A stretch of DNA of 62,886 bases, the filler included, from Octopus bimaculoides (Eukaryota), in assembly GCF_001194135.2 (NCBI RefSeq). It is 5 parts of 4 records of this genome, joined end to end, with 100 filler letters (N's around TTAATTAATTAA, not from the genome) between each part and the next. Parts side by side here need not be neighbours in the genome. Positions count along the whole stretch, not along the records: positions 1 to 16,684 come from NC_068987.1; positions 16,785 to 35,535 come from NC_068984.1; 3 more parts are not named here. One strand, written 5' to 3'. Positions 12,676 through 24,150 of the stretch are shown piece by piece (position 1 is the first letter of the stretch; each line of letters starts with the position of its first letter). Both the position numbers and the translations under genes were made by a program. The notes beneath the pieces were generated by a model. It saw only the letters and a program-made list of their open reading frames with translations. It was not told where the DNA came from and ran no database searches.

Positions 12676-12992
12676 TGGCACTCCGCTGGTTACGACGACG
12701 AGGGTTCCAGTTGATGCGATTAACGGAACAGCGTGCCATGAAATTAACGTGCAAGTGGCTGAGCACTCCACAGACACGTGTACCCTTCTCGTAGCTCTCA
12801 AGGAGATTCAACATGACACAGAATATGACAAGGCTGGCCGTTTCAAATACAGGTACTGTTCATTTTTTCCAGTTGAGTGGACTGGAGCAATGTGAAATAA
12901 AGTGTCTTGCTCAAGGACACAACGCGTAACCGGGAATTGAACTCACGATCCTGCAATCATAAGTCGATACCCCAACCACTAACCCACGCACT
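12676..12992 (-). mobile_element. Chimeric SINE: family C head joined to family E tail
   Basis: 12850-12992 is the reverse complement of the C head/core (GTGTCCTTGAGCAAGACACTTTATTTCACATTGCTCCAGTCCACTCA); 12676-12850 is the reverse complement of the E tail (..TGTGGAGTGCTCAGCCACTTGCACGTTAATTTC..GGAGTGCCA). Confidence 0.85.
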
Positions 12993-13169
12993 TTCTCATT
13001 CTGTGCTCTACCACGACAATATAATTCCAATTTGATCGAATCTTGCATATTCTTTCTGCCATTAACACATCTTAAAGAGTCTATCGACATATTCATTCAT
13101 TATATCCTCATTCTGTATACAGGTGTACACACGCGAGCACGTGCATACGTATTATCAGGTGGGTCTTTA

Positions 13170-13226
13170 GATTCGGCTAACTTAGCCTGACGAGTTACGT
13201 TTCTGTAAGAAGCCAACGAAACTTCA
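13170..13226 (+). ncRNA. Degenerate type III hammerhead-ribozyme-like motif
   Basis: Hairpin GCTA-ACT-TAGC, then CTGACGA (13187-13193), a paired stem II (GTT/AAC plus GTTTCT/AGAAGC), then GAAAC (13218-13222). Stem III is imperfect and one extra G follows the UUC triplet. Confidence 0.3.
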
Positions 13227-13318
13227 CGCTGCTTGGAACCGAATCAAACTGATTTAAATAATGATATAACTCCAACTAATGTGTTGAGTGCCTCCTACTG
13301 TCGTTTGCCCACTCACCT

Positions 13319-13368
<50 letters not shown>

Positions 13369-13398
13369 CACATAAAGCATACATAAACACGCACGCAG

Positions 13399-13481
<83 letters not shown>

Positions 13482-14199
13482 GGAATGCCGTTTGTACTTG
13501 AATATATCAATTTACATAAGTGCATATATATATATGTGTGCCAGCGAGCCTATGTGTGCGTGTGCGTACGTGAGCGTGCATGTGTCTCTAGGTGTATACA
13601 TGTATGTGTGCGTGTATGTGTGTGTGTGCGCGTGTGCGAATGTTTATATATGTTAAGTTTTATTTTCCGTAAATTATATTGAAGAACAGATTAATTGCCA
13701 TAATGTTTATCTTTGAGGAAATCTTCCGGAAACATATGTCTTATCCGCCAAAGATATTCTAGAAAGTTCACTTGATTCAGGAGAACCAATTTTAAGTACA
13801 GCTGCTTCGTAGCTTTGCTGTTTTAAATTTAGCACAAATATTTCGAGGAAATCTCTGAAGATAATATATTTTTAATGGAGAACTTTTCTATTTGCCACAG
13901 AACAGGATAATGTTTTAGGCCGTGAGAGACGAATTTTTTTCTATTTCTTTGTTTCCTTGGTGAGGTAGTTCTGGAATTTTAATTTTTATATTTTTAATGT
14001 TTCTTTTTACTTTATTTTCTTCCCGTAAAATGTATGTTTGTAAATAAACGAAAGATTAAATTGAAAATAAAGAATTAGAAATTAAATTACATCTGACGAC
14101 GTTTCTTTCGTTATTCATCAAAACAATGGTTGAAACTGCTAACATACACTGACATTATACTTCGTGATATTGCCGTGTTTAAAACATCCGCCGTTCAAT

Positions 14200-14500
14200 T
14201 CTCTCAGGAACCACAATATTTAGTGACCTGTGGAAGGCGTATTCGCATATTCCAGAGATAGAGGGATATAATTTTCGTCATAGAACGGCGAACCACAGCG
14301 TCGAGTTTGTTAGCTCCATCGATAGGACACACACGCAACAAGTGGAAAGCACTTGGGCGTGTGTGAAACGGAGTAATAAGCGACTGTGTGGTACACACCG
14401 TTCTATATTTGTGAATTCATGCGGCGGCGCAGATACGAGAATTGTGACCTTTGGGGAAAATTATTGTAGTGCATTGCAAGCTTTCCAAATCTTGATTAAA
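14200..14500 (+). mobile_element. Merlin (IS1595/ISXO2-like) DDE transposase C-terminal remnant
   Basis: Stop-free frame not in the ORF track: SGTTIFSDLWKAYSHIPEIEGYNFRHRTANHSVEFVSSIDRTHTQQVESTWACVKR, then frameshifted CEFMRRRRY. Matches the Merlin pattern SDxWxAY..NHS..FV..HTQxIESxW..EFMWR. Confidence 0.9.
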
Positions 14501-14867
14501 TGCATTCGTGTATGAATTGATGTATCGCTGCCTATTTATTTCTTACACCTGCCTGCTTTTTTTTCTTCTTTTTCATTTGCTTATTTCCAATTATTAGGCC
14601 CGCCTTTTTTTTTTTTTTTCTATGCTTCCCTGCCTGTACTGCCGCATTAAAATTGATTTAATCTCTGCTTGTATCTGTCAAAGTATCCTGCTGTGGTATG
14701 TGTTGCCCACCTACACGAATATTATCTCATTTGTACCTCTGTCTGAACTCTGTGTGCACTTCCATGGAATGAATGTTACAGTGCTTTTCAAAGTATAATA
14801 TCCTGCATTAAAATGGATTTAATCTTTATCCGTTTGTTTTGTTTCTCCTTTTGTTTACATCGTGTAC

Positions 14868-15148
14868 ATGCCCTGAGAGAAAAGTTGGGCATAAGAAACA
14901 TCAAATGTGGCGTGCAAGAGAGGCGACTGTGCTGGTATGGCCATGTGTTGCGTAGGGATGAAGACAGCTGTGTGAAGAAGTGCCACTCCCTAACTGTTGA
15001 AAGAACCTGTGGAAGAGGTAGACCCAGGAAGACATGGGATGAGGTGGTGACGCATGACCTTCGAACATTGGGCCTCACAGAGGCAATGGCAGTAGACCAG
15101 GACCTTTGGAGACACGCTGTGATTGAGAAGACCCGGCAACTAAAGTGA
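14868..15148 (+). mobile_element. RTE (BovB-like) LINE, 3' end of ORF
   Basis: LREKLGIRNIKCGVQERRLCWYGHVLRRDEDSCVKK..GRGRPRKTWDEVV..DQDLWR, the typical RTE C-terminus. Confidence 0.93.
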
Positions 15149-15169
15149 TATCGCAGCGCACAGGGTATT

Positions 15170-15400
15170 GTTCTCATGGACTGGCCAGCTCAAAATCTCG
15201 ATCTAAATCCGACCGATCACCTATGGAGAACTCTTGGTGAAGCTATCAGGAACACAACAATTAAAAATAAAGAGCATTTGTACCAAAATTTGAGAGAAGA
15301 ATGGAGTAAAATTGCGCCTAGCACCTGCAAGAAACTAGTTAATTCAATGACTAATCGTATAAAAACTGTCTTAATACATAATGTATCTAGGACTACATTA
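15170..15400 (+). mobile_element. Tc1-family transposase C-terminal remnant
   Basis: MDWPAQNLDLNPTDHLW..EEWSKI..CKKLVNSMTNRIKTV matches WPxQSPDLNPIEHLW..WxxI..LVxSMxxR. Confidence 0.9.
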
Positions 15401-17810
15401 TACAGTGTCCCTTACTTTTAATGGAGTAGTGGCTGTTTTTGGAGGAGACCTAATTGAGTATTCCGGTTTGTAGTTCTGTCTGTTTGGCTCGTGTTTGGGG
15501 CTGGTTTGTCAGTGGAAGAATACAGAGGGCGGGGTGGCAGAGCCGACGTTAGGGTTACTACCGGCCGAGGAGTGGTTGTAATGGCTGCGGTGGTGGTGGT
15601 GGTGGTGGTGATGGTGGTGGTGGTGGTGGAGGTGACAGATTGTAAATTCAATCAAACGGTTTAATGCGTGATTCTGGTGGGTGCATGCCGTGCTAATATA
15701 AAATCTGTGGCTTTCGAATGAAAGTGTGTCGTATGATGTAGGAGTATAATATTATTAGCGGGTGGAAATCCATGTAGCTAAACTAGATGAACAGAAGGGG
15801 ACATATACGACACAGATACATTAGATAGACAGAGATAGAAAGAAAGAGAGATGGAGAGAGTGAGAGAGAGGGGGAGGTAGAGATAGGGGAGGGTAAGAGG
15901 AAGGGTTTCTCAAGTGATGGCATTACCAACGTCTTCACACCTAGCTAACAGACATCAAAAGTAATCGCTATGCACCATTTACGGAGGTTGACGAACAAAC
16001 ATTGTAGAAAGTATGATGGCAGAGACAGCACTCAATACACACGCACACACACACACGCACACACACACACACGCACACATACACGCACACACATACATAC
16101 ACACACACATACACACATATACGCACACATTTATAGACACATAATTTATACGTTGATAGAAAGTCACTTTTATACATAAAGAATTACACAAATGCACACA
16201 TTTATATATATATATAAATATATACATATATATATATATGTATGTATATATGTATGTATGTATGTATGTATGTACGTATGTATACGTGTATGTGTGTGTG
16301 TATGCGTTGAGAACCCACTTTTTCTTCTGGTTCATAGATTACACGGACATAAGAGAAAGATAGTTTTCCTTATATTTATATTCGACGCAACCCCGTCCCC
16401 ACCTTTCCAACCCCAGCGATCACCACCACCACCACCACATCGCTAGCATCATGAGCGCCACTTGTTGCTACGCTCCTCTACGCTAGCAAATTAGTTTCTT
16501 TGTTATTGCAGTTCCGCTCAGGCGCTCTCTAAACCATTTCACTTCCGGTATCTTAAGAATCATTTCATCTTTTATTACGACCATCATTCTTAACATATAT
16601 TTTTTTTTATGAAATAAACATCCCACTGTTTGTGCCCAGCTAGGAGTGGGTATATATATATATATATATGCATATATATATATANNNNNNNNNNNNNNNN
16701 NNNNNNNNNNNNNNNNNNNNNNNNNNNNTTAATTAATTAANNNNNNNNNNNNNNNNNNNNNNNNNNNNNNNNNNNNNNNNNNNNGGTAGGTGGGTATATG
16801 TGTAATTGTATATATGTGTAATTGTATATATGTGTAATTGTGTGTTCGTCTATCAGCTTATTTTTTCACTTGTGTATGGTTCGGCTTAACACATTCAGTT
16901 TGTGATGGTAGTTATTTATGTCGAACTTGAAAATTTTGAATTAATTTCGTTGATGGTGTCTCTATTTGCAGTCAGCTATGAAATTTCGTTATTCATGCAT
17001 CGTTTTCTTGAGGAAATATTTACTAGAATGAATGAATATACTTTATATAGAGTTAATATTGACTTTTATTTGTACCACCTATCACCAAATTTATTACCGT
17101 TTATTTCTGAGTGTGTTTATTTTAGAGAAATAGCCTGTCATCAACAGATTCACAGAGAACAATGTCTATGATTTATAGATATCTTCAAGACAAAGCAATA
17201 GTTTACAGTGACAAGTCATTCGGGATTCAACTGTATAAATTTTGGCTCGGTCTTCTATCTATCTATTGACAGCCATCATTTGTAAATGTTCGAAATTCAT
17301 TAGAGTAATTGGGTGGTTTTAGTAATCGTTCCCCAACACCAACCATCTCAATATTACCGCTTCGGAGGGCTCAAGAAAGTCATGGGTACATTGTCCCGGC
17401 GATATCATTACCTATCTATCTGTCTGTCTGTCTGTCTGTCTAAATACATAGATATTGTTAGATACATAAACAGAGAGATATAGCTAGAGGGATAGATAGA
17501 TATTATTAGTGAGATAGATATGGTTAGATATAGGCAGAGAGATAGATCGATAAATCAATGCACACACGCACGCGAATACATATATTTAGTGTGATTTAAC
17601 ATTTAGATTTAACAAAGTTGTGTGCTAATCTTGTAATGGCAACACTGTCACTAATCTAGTAAAATAACGAATGAGAGTTAGGTATCTCTGAAGATTTCAG
17701 ATTGCAATTTGAATATATAATTTCCACTGCGTAACTACTGATCAATCGATGGTAATGAAATGTGCGTAAAATCGTTTAACAAAATATTTTATAAACAATC
17801 TTTCCTGTTT

Positions 17811-17881
<71 letters not shown>

Positions 17882-17904
17882 CACCAGTTAGAGATGATTT
17901 AGAA

Positions 17905-18200
17905 ACGTACTAATTAAAACATTTGAGGAAAAGGACATAAAACGTGGAGGACTACTGGAAATTCGTACGAGAAAATCTACTGAGAGCTACAGACCAAAAT
18001 TGTGTTTGGTGCAAATTCTACCGAGCCAAGGGTGACGTGATAGTGAAACAAGGAAGCAGATATAACAATAAAATGAAGAGGCAAGTTTGGAAGATTTGGA
18101 AGTATGGAGGCAACAGATAGCTTTACCGGGTAGCTAGAGAGAAGCTAAGAGATAGATCTATTTAGCAAAGGGAGAGGCGTAAAAGAAATTTTCCAGTATT
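17905..18200 (+). mobile_element. RTE (BovB-like) LINE internal fragment, region between endonuclease and RT
   Basis: Across frameshifts: NVEDYWKFVRENLLRATDQNCVWCK, PRVT***NKE (consensus VTWWWN.E) and KRQVWKIWKYGG. Confidence 0.8.
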
Positions 18201-18334
18201 TTACATACCCCCCTTTATTAGAAAAAGTGTTATCTAGATAATATACAGTTTGGTTCCGTGGTAGGGAGAAACACTACTGATGCTCTCTTTATAGTTCGGA
18301 AACAATTATTTAGAAAAAGCCATCCACTGTAGTA

Positions 18335-18410
18335 AGCAGATAGATAGATAGTAGATAGATAGATAGATAGATAGGCAGATAGATAAATAGATAGATAGAT
18401 AGATAGATAT
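18335..18410. repeat. (GATA)n microsatellite abutting the Tx1 3' end
   Basis: Directly visible. Confidence 0.95.
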
Positions 18411-18411
18411 G

Positions 18412-19421
18412 TTTCTTTATTGGCCACACAGGGCTGAACACAGAAGGGACAAAATACAAAGTAGAGTTTTTCTTTTTGGGAAGAAGAAAAAAAAGATCGT
18501 GGAGAAAAAAGAAAGGGGGCTGATCAATAGGGATCGTGTATCACAGAAATGTCATAATGTAAAAAGCGGGAACAGATTAGGTTTATCCGTGGGAAGAAAA
18601 GCCTACGGAAAAGATCACGGTAACCTTGGGCAATAATGTCATGCATAAAAACACATTACAGTAAGTGACTCTTTTTTTCCTTTCTTTTTTTGGTTCATAG
18701 GATTATGCTCAAGCTGGCTCCGTCATTCATACGTGCCATTCTTGCTACATTCACCCATCTTTTTTTTTAACATTCACTAGACAAAACTTCCTTCTCTACT
18801 CTCACCTTCCTCTTCAAATGATACTTGAAGAAGTTGATGAGAGATTGACCAGAGAAGAAAGTGTTTGTCCTAGACCTTTCAGACGCGTCCATCATACACA
18901 TTCTTTCGCTATAGCCACAAGTACGATGAAAATGGCTCTTCCTTCCAGTTTCAAGGAATGAGGCGCGACAATATTCCCGATAGATTCGGTTGATAAACCG
19001 ACTCGTCCCACGCAGTCATTCGACATAGGCCTACAGGTCGGAAATGGTTGGATACTGTACGAGTGCATGCAGAACGGTTTCGTCGCTCTGACCGCATCTC
19101 TGGTAGGTCGGCCCTGTGTTTCTCGAGCCATGCCTTTAGAGCTTATCCCTAACGGGTAGCGCTTCTCGATAGCACTGCCAGGCCAGGGATCTCTGGAAGT
19201 TGTCCATAGGTCTCGGTCCGAACGTCATCTTGAACAGGCGGGTCAGGTATTCCTTGTCGACACCCAGGTTCGCCCCGAGATCGTCGTTGTACCTCCCCTC
19301 CACTAATCCCCTATAGAATACTTTGGTTGTGTTGAAGTCGCTCAAGGTCGATCCGGGACGGTATAGTTGCTCGAGTGCAGCGCGACACTCAAGGTGCCAT
19401 TCGCCTTTCCTCGACCTCTTT
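18412..19421 (-). mobile_element. Tx1-clade (L1 group) LINE, 3' part of ORF2 plus 3' UTR; 5' part lost in the gap
   Basis: Minus strand reads DNFQRSLAWQCYREALPVRDKL*RHG..QRCGQSDETVLHALVQ (zf-RVT region and CCHC remnant), then ..AIAKECV*WTRLKG; the 3' UTR ends CCAATAAAGAAA. Confidence 0.9.
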
Positions 19422-19881
19422 NNNNNNNNNNNNNNNNNNNNNNNNNNNNNNNNNNNNNNNNNNNNNNNNNNNNNNNNNNNNNNNNNNNNNNNNNNNNNNN
19501 NNNNNNNNNNNNNNNNNNNNNNNNNNNNNNNNNNNNNNNNNNNNNNNNNNNNNNNNNNNNNNNNNNNNNNNNNNNNNNNNNNNNNNNNNNNNNNNNNNNN
19601 NNNNNNNNNNNNNNNNNNNNNNNNNNNNNNNNNNNNNNNNNNNNNNNNNNNNNNNNNNNNNNNNNNNNNNNNNNNNNNNNNNNNNNNNNNNNNNNNNNNN
19701 NNNNNNNNNNNNNNNNNNNNNNNNNNNNNNNNNNNNNNNNNNNNNNNNNNNNNNNNNNNNNNNNNNNNNNNNNNNNNNNNNNNNNNNNNNNNNNNNNNNN
19801 NNNNNNNNNNNNNNNNNNNNNNNNNNNNNNNNNNNNNNNNNNNNNNNNNNNNNNNNNNNNNNNNNNNNNNNNNNNNNNNNN

Positions 19882-20183
19882 CGTTGTGAGTGTTTATTGA
19901 GCGAAAACACCTAAAGTTCCACGAGGCTCCGGCAGGGGATGGTGGCGAACCCTGCTGTACTCTTCCACCACAACTTTCTCTAACTTCCTGTTTCTGTTGT
20001 GCTTGTAATTCAAAGGGTCAGCCTTGTCACACTGTGTCACGCTGAATATCCCCGAGAACTACGTTAAGGGTACACGTGTCTGTGGAGTGCTCAGCCACTT
20101 GCACGTTAATTTCACGAGCAGGCTGTTCCGTTGATCGGATCAACTGGAACCCTCGACGTCGTAAGCGACGGAGTGCCAACAAC
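19882..20183 (+). mobile_element. SINE family E (head in gap)
   Basis: Near-identical to 25021-25448 from CGTTGTGAGTGTTTATTGAGCGAAAACAC to GGAGTGCCAACAACA. Confidence 0.92.
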
Positions 20184-20677
20184 ACAGATAGATAGGCAGA
20201 TAGATAGATAGATATGCTGTGTGTATATATCGAAACAACCATTTCAAACGCTTGTCCAGAAATCTAGATTTCCTTGTATGTTATGATAGATTTGAAAGAT
20301 TAGATTTCATGGAAATTTTACTGAATATAAATCAACGAATGTAAATGCTTCAGACTCAATAAGGAGATTTTAATGTCTAGAATATCGATTTCTAATAATG
20401 CACGATGTAAAATACAACATACAAAAGAAGTTTTTTCCTACGTGATCTAACATCTTACAGTTCTCTACTCTCAATAAAAATCAACATTTCATCTTTACAA
20501 GTTGATTCGGTTTTATCAGATGTGCATACTTCCTGACATAAAACTGGAGCGGAAAACGTGAAATGAGGGAAAATGTGGCCACTGTGTTTACCGCGTGAAA
20601 ATCTCTGATTATCAATTGTAATATATATATATATATATANNNNNNNNNNNNNNNNNNNNNNNNNNNNNNNNNNNNNN

Positions 20678-20717
<40 letters not shown>

Positions 20718-20734
20718 CAATACTGTACTTTAAA

Positions 20735-20847
20735 TATATAATTGTATAAATATAATATAATTAAGGGTACAGGAGAGGTACCATCATGCTAGGTATAGCA
20801 TGATAGTACCTCTCCAGTTCCCTTAATTATATTTATATAATTATATA
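20735..20847. repeat. Long imperfect palindrome (about 55-bp arms, 4-nt loop)
   Basis: TAATTAAGGGTACAGGAGAGGTACCATCATGCTA-GGTA-TAGCATGATAGTACCTCTCCAGTTCCCTTAATTA with AT-rich arm extensions. Confidence 0.92.
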
Positions 20848-21292
20848 GTTATAGTAATTATTACCTTTATAGCTTTTTCCATGCTGGCCACTTGATATGA
20901 TTAGTCAACAGATCCACTCCTATTTTATTGCAAGACAACACCAGAACACACATCGTAAGGATCTTTCTGATTTGGCGGACACCATTTGTTTTCTAACGAA
21001 ACACTTTCAAACTTGGGACATTGGTAGAATGTGTCATATATAACATCTTTTACGCTTAGTGTTGTTGAGAAAAGTTTATATTTTAAAAGTTATTTGTGTT
21101 AAAGTTGTCTTATTTCAGTAATTTCAACCAGTCACTGGCGTCTATTGAGGTGAAAACAATTACGTTGTGGCGGTGTAATGGGATCTTTTCCCTTGAATAA
21201 AATTAGTGCCGTTGTTTGTCAACAACATCTATCGGCGGTACTGTTATTTATGACATCGTTCGTGCGTTTGTACTGGTTTTAGCTTTATGGTT

Positions 21293-21338
21293 TTAGGGTT
21301 AGGGTTTGGGTTTTAGAGTTACAGTTAGGGTTAGGGTT
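21293..21338 (+). repeat. Short degenerate (TTAGGG)n interstitial telomere-like tract
   Basis: Four exact TTAGGG units plus TTTGGG, TTAGAG and TTACAG variants. Confidence 0.8.
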
Positions 21339-21975
21339 ATGAATATTTCTGCCAAATTTAGTGAAAAAAATGTAGTGGTTTTAACTAGGAAGAATTTAAA
21401 ATCGAACTAAGTCCTTTTTTAGTTTTCTATCATTCGTTCAGAAAAGCAATTTATAAAGGTCATTGTCTTGTCTGCTTTATAATCCCATCTAAATTTTGGA
21501 TACACTAGGGTAATATAGATCCATTCTCGTGCTTAACTAGTACTTTATTTTGTAGACCCTGGAAGCATGAAAAGCAAAGTTGATTTCAGTAGTAATGGGT
21601 TTTAAATATATACCACTCGCCATCTTTTACGACGTAGTAACGATTCTACCCTTGCCAGGGATACATTTATTTTTCTGGTTTTCAAATAAACACAGTTCTT
21701 GTTGTTTATCGCAATGTTAGTACTGACTGAACAGACCTGTGAACAAAAGTAGAACCACATTATTCAATGTGTCCATTTCTCAAAGATAGGCGAGTGTAAT
21801 TTGAGGGTGATTTGGTTATTTCTTTCAGATCGAGTGATCGCATAGTGCCTCCTGTTGAATATGTTACTCCAGTAGAAGATATTGCTTCGATTCCAATATA
21901 TTATTGATACATATTTAATGGAACCATAATAATGACAAAAACGATTCTGGTTGTGTAAGACCGTTTCAGAAATTA

Positions 21976-22142
21976 CCATATTTATTCGTATGCAAGTTGC
22001 CCTATTATGCATTTGATTTTAACTGAAAAGACTGAGGTACAACTTATACACGGAGCAAAGCTAAAACTATGAATCAAAAAAAATTTGTACGAAGATTCAA
22101 GACTCTGAATTAGGGGTGCAACTTACACGCCAGTAAATACAG
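21976..22142. mobile_element. pogo/Tc2-type MITE flanked by TA
   Basis: TA|CCATATTTATTCGTATGCAAGTTGCCC .. GGGGTGCAACTTACACGCCAGTAAATACAG|TA: imperfect TIRs of about 27 bp with a TA duplication. Confidence 0.75.
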
Positions 22143-22166
22143 TATATTAATATTGTAAATCATGAT

Positions 22167-22385
22167 AAGGCAGCGAGCTTGCAGAATCGTTAGCACGCCA
22201 GGGAAAACGCTGAGCGGCATTTCGTCCGTCTTTGTTCTAAGTTCAACTTCCGCCGGGGTTGACTTTGATTTTCAACCTTTCGGGATCGATAAAATAAGTA
22301 CCAGTTGGGCACTGGAGTCGATGTAAATGACTGCCCCACCTCCTTCAAACTTGCTGGCCTTGTGCCAAAATTTGAACCCAATATT
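22167..22385 (+). mobile_element. SINE family B, full-length
   Basis: Head, body and TTGCTGGCCTTGTGCCAAAATTTGAACCCAATATT tail. Confidence 0.92.
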
Positions 22386-23775
22386 GCAAATCATGACGGT
22401 TGCTTTCAACTATCTGAGTCAATCACTACTAATATATCCAGCTTTCAATATGCCTTACTGTAGTCATTGCTTAAGTCGAGTTGGCTTAATTGACTCCCGC
22501 TTTGGACTTCATTCAGTTGTTGTTTAGCCCTAGCTTGGCTTTTATCGAGCAGAGCTTATCAAAGCAGTGCCATTTATGGGCATCTAGTCAAGTATTTTTC
22601 ATTGCAAGGTGTATAGTATCCAGGACTACATTATCTACTGTGTTCTTCCTATTATTTTTAGCTCGCTTTATCGTAATTCGAAGGAAACTTAGTTAATTCT
22701 GGTGGGAGAGTGATCATGCAGGGAATCTTTGTTAGTTTGACTACATTTAAAATTAACGTTTACCATCAGTATACATTGAATATATACAGTGTTTTGCTAT
22801 TAAGATGTCTGTTAAACGAAAACGTCCTGCTTTGCCAATTCGATAAGGTCAGAGTATTATGTAACCTAATTACTGATGATATATGTGTGTGTGTTTAACA
22901 CCATATATATGGTGTGTGTGTATGTGGAGAGAGGGTGTATTTGTGTATACTCTGGAGTAGTAGAGATCATCGTGAAATTATGGATGTAATCTTAAATTAG
23001 AAATTTTTCACTATCTTGCAATGCTTCGCTACCAAAGGATATAGAATGGAGAAATTGTAAGGTCCTCTTGACTGTGGTTCAAATCCAATAGCTCACTTTG
23101 ATTAACAAATAACACTCATTACTTCTACTAGAACCACCTCTTTTGCCACTGCCATCTCCAACACCAATATGCTCGCCATATAAACAACAACAGCAACAAC
23201 AACATCTCTACTACTACTACTACTATATGCTACATGCTACTGTTGATGATGCTGTTCCAGTTAGGACAACTCTAATAAAATACGTATCAAACGTATTGAA
23301 ATAAAATCAAAAACCTTTTTAAAAAGCTAAACATAATTAATCTTGCTTTCGTATATTTCTGTTAAACTGAGCTATTTAAATATTTTTCTTATCTCGCCCA
23401 ACATTCTATAGTCTTTTTTTTTTTTGCTTCTTCTGTATTTTACATTTAGAATATAATCAATATTCTTCTGCTTGATTATAATCCACAGAGCAGAACGAGA
23501 TGTGTATTTATCTATTCCATCATGAATGTATAAATATTTGAATAGATACACGCATAAAGTTTTTTAAAATTTAATCTTTTCTGAAATTGCTAAGACTCAA
23601 GACCAATGCCTAAAATTGGATTCTACAGCTTAAAGAAAACATTATTCTATCTCTTCTATTATTGCATGTAACTTTTCCAGTTTCACTAGAGAATTATTGT
23701 ATCCAAAGTTAGAGGATCTGCAACCATGTAGAAGTGTCCTCGTCAGAAACATATCTTAATATATTGAATAGCTTT

Positions 23776-23993
23776 AAGGCGGCAAGCTGACAGAATCGTT
23801 AGCATGCCGGATAAAATGCTTAGCCGCATTTCGTCAGCCTTTATGTTCTGAGTTCAAATTCCGCCGAGGTCGACTTTGTCTTACATCCTTTCGGGGTCGA
23901 TAAAATAAGTACCAGTTGAACACTGGGGTCGACATAATCGACTTACTCCTCTCCCAATATTGCTGGCCTTGTGTCAAAATTTGAAACCAATAT
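23776..23993 (+). mobile_element. SINE family B, full-length
   Basis: Collinear with 22167-22385. Confidence 0.92.
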
Positions 23994-24005
23994 CTTGAAT
24001 AGATT

Positions 24006-24150
24006 TGTGGTAAGTAGCTTGCTTACCGACTGCATGGTTCCGAGTTCAGTCCCACTGTGTGGCACCTTGGGAAAATGTCTTCTACTATAGCCTCGGACCG
24101 ACCAAAGCCTTGTGAGTGGATTTGGTAGACGGAAACTGAAAGAAGCCGTC
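24006..24150 (+). mobile_element. SINE family A 5' half (runs into (TA)n and gap)
   Basis: TGTGGTAAGTAGCTTGCTTACC..GGAAACTGAAAGAAGCCGTC. Confidence 0.92.

Noticed and set aside
16518-16546. ETS-like ACTTCCGG motif and a possible 36-nt exon
   Set aside because: A single short motif with a weak donor (GTATCT); expected by chance.
21829-21907. Apparent terminal exon SSDRIVPPVEYVTPVEDIASIPIYY* with a good acceptor
   Set aside because: The acceptor and first codons lie within a family D repeat (TTTGAGGG.GATTTGG.T..TTT motif also at about 4870 and 7960); no protein homology recognised.
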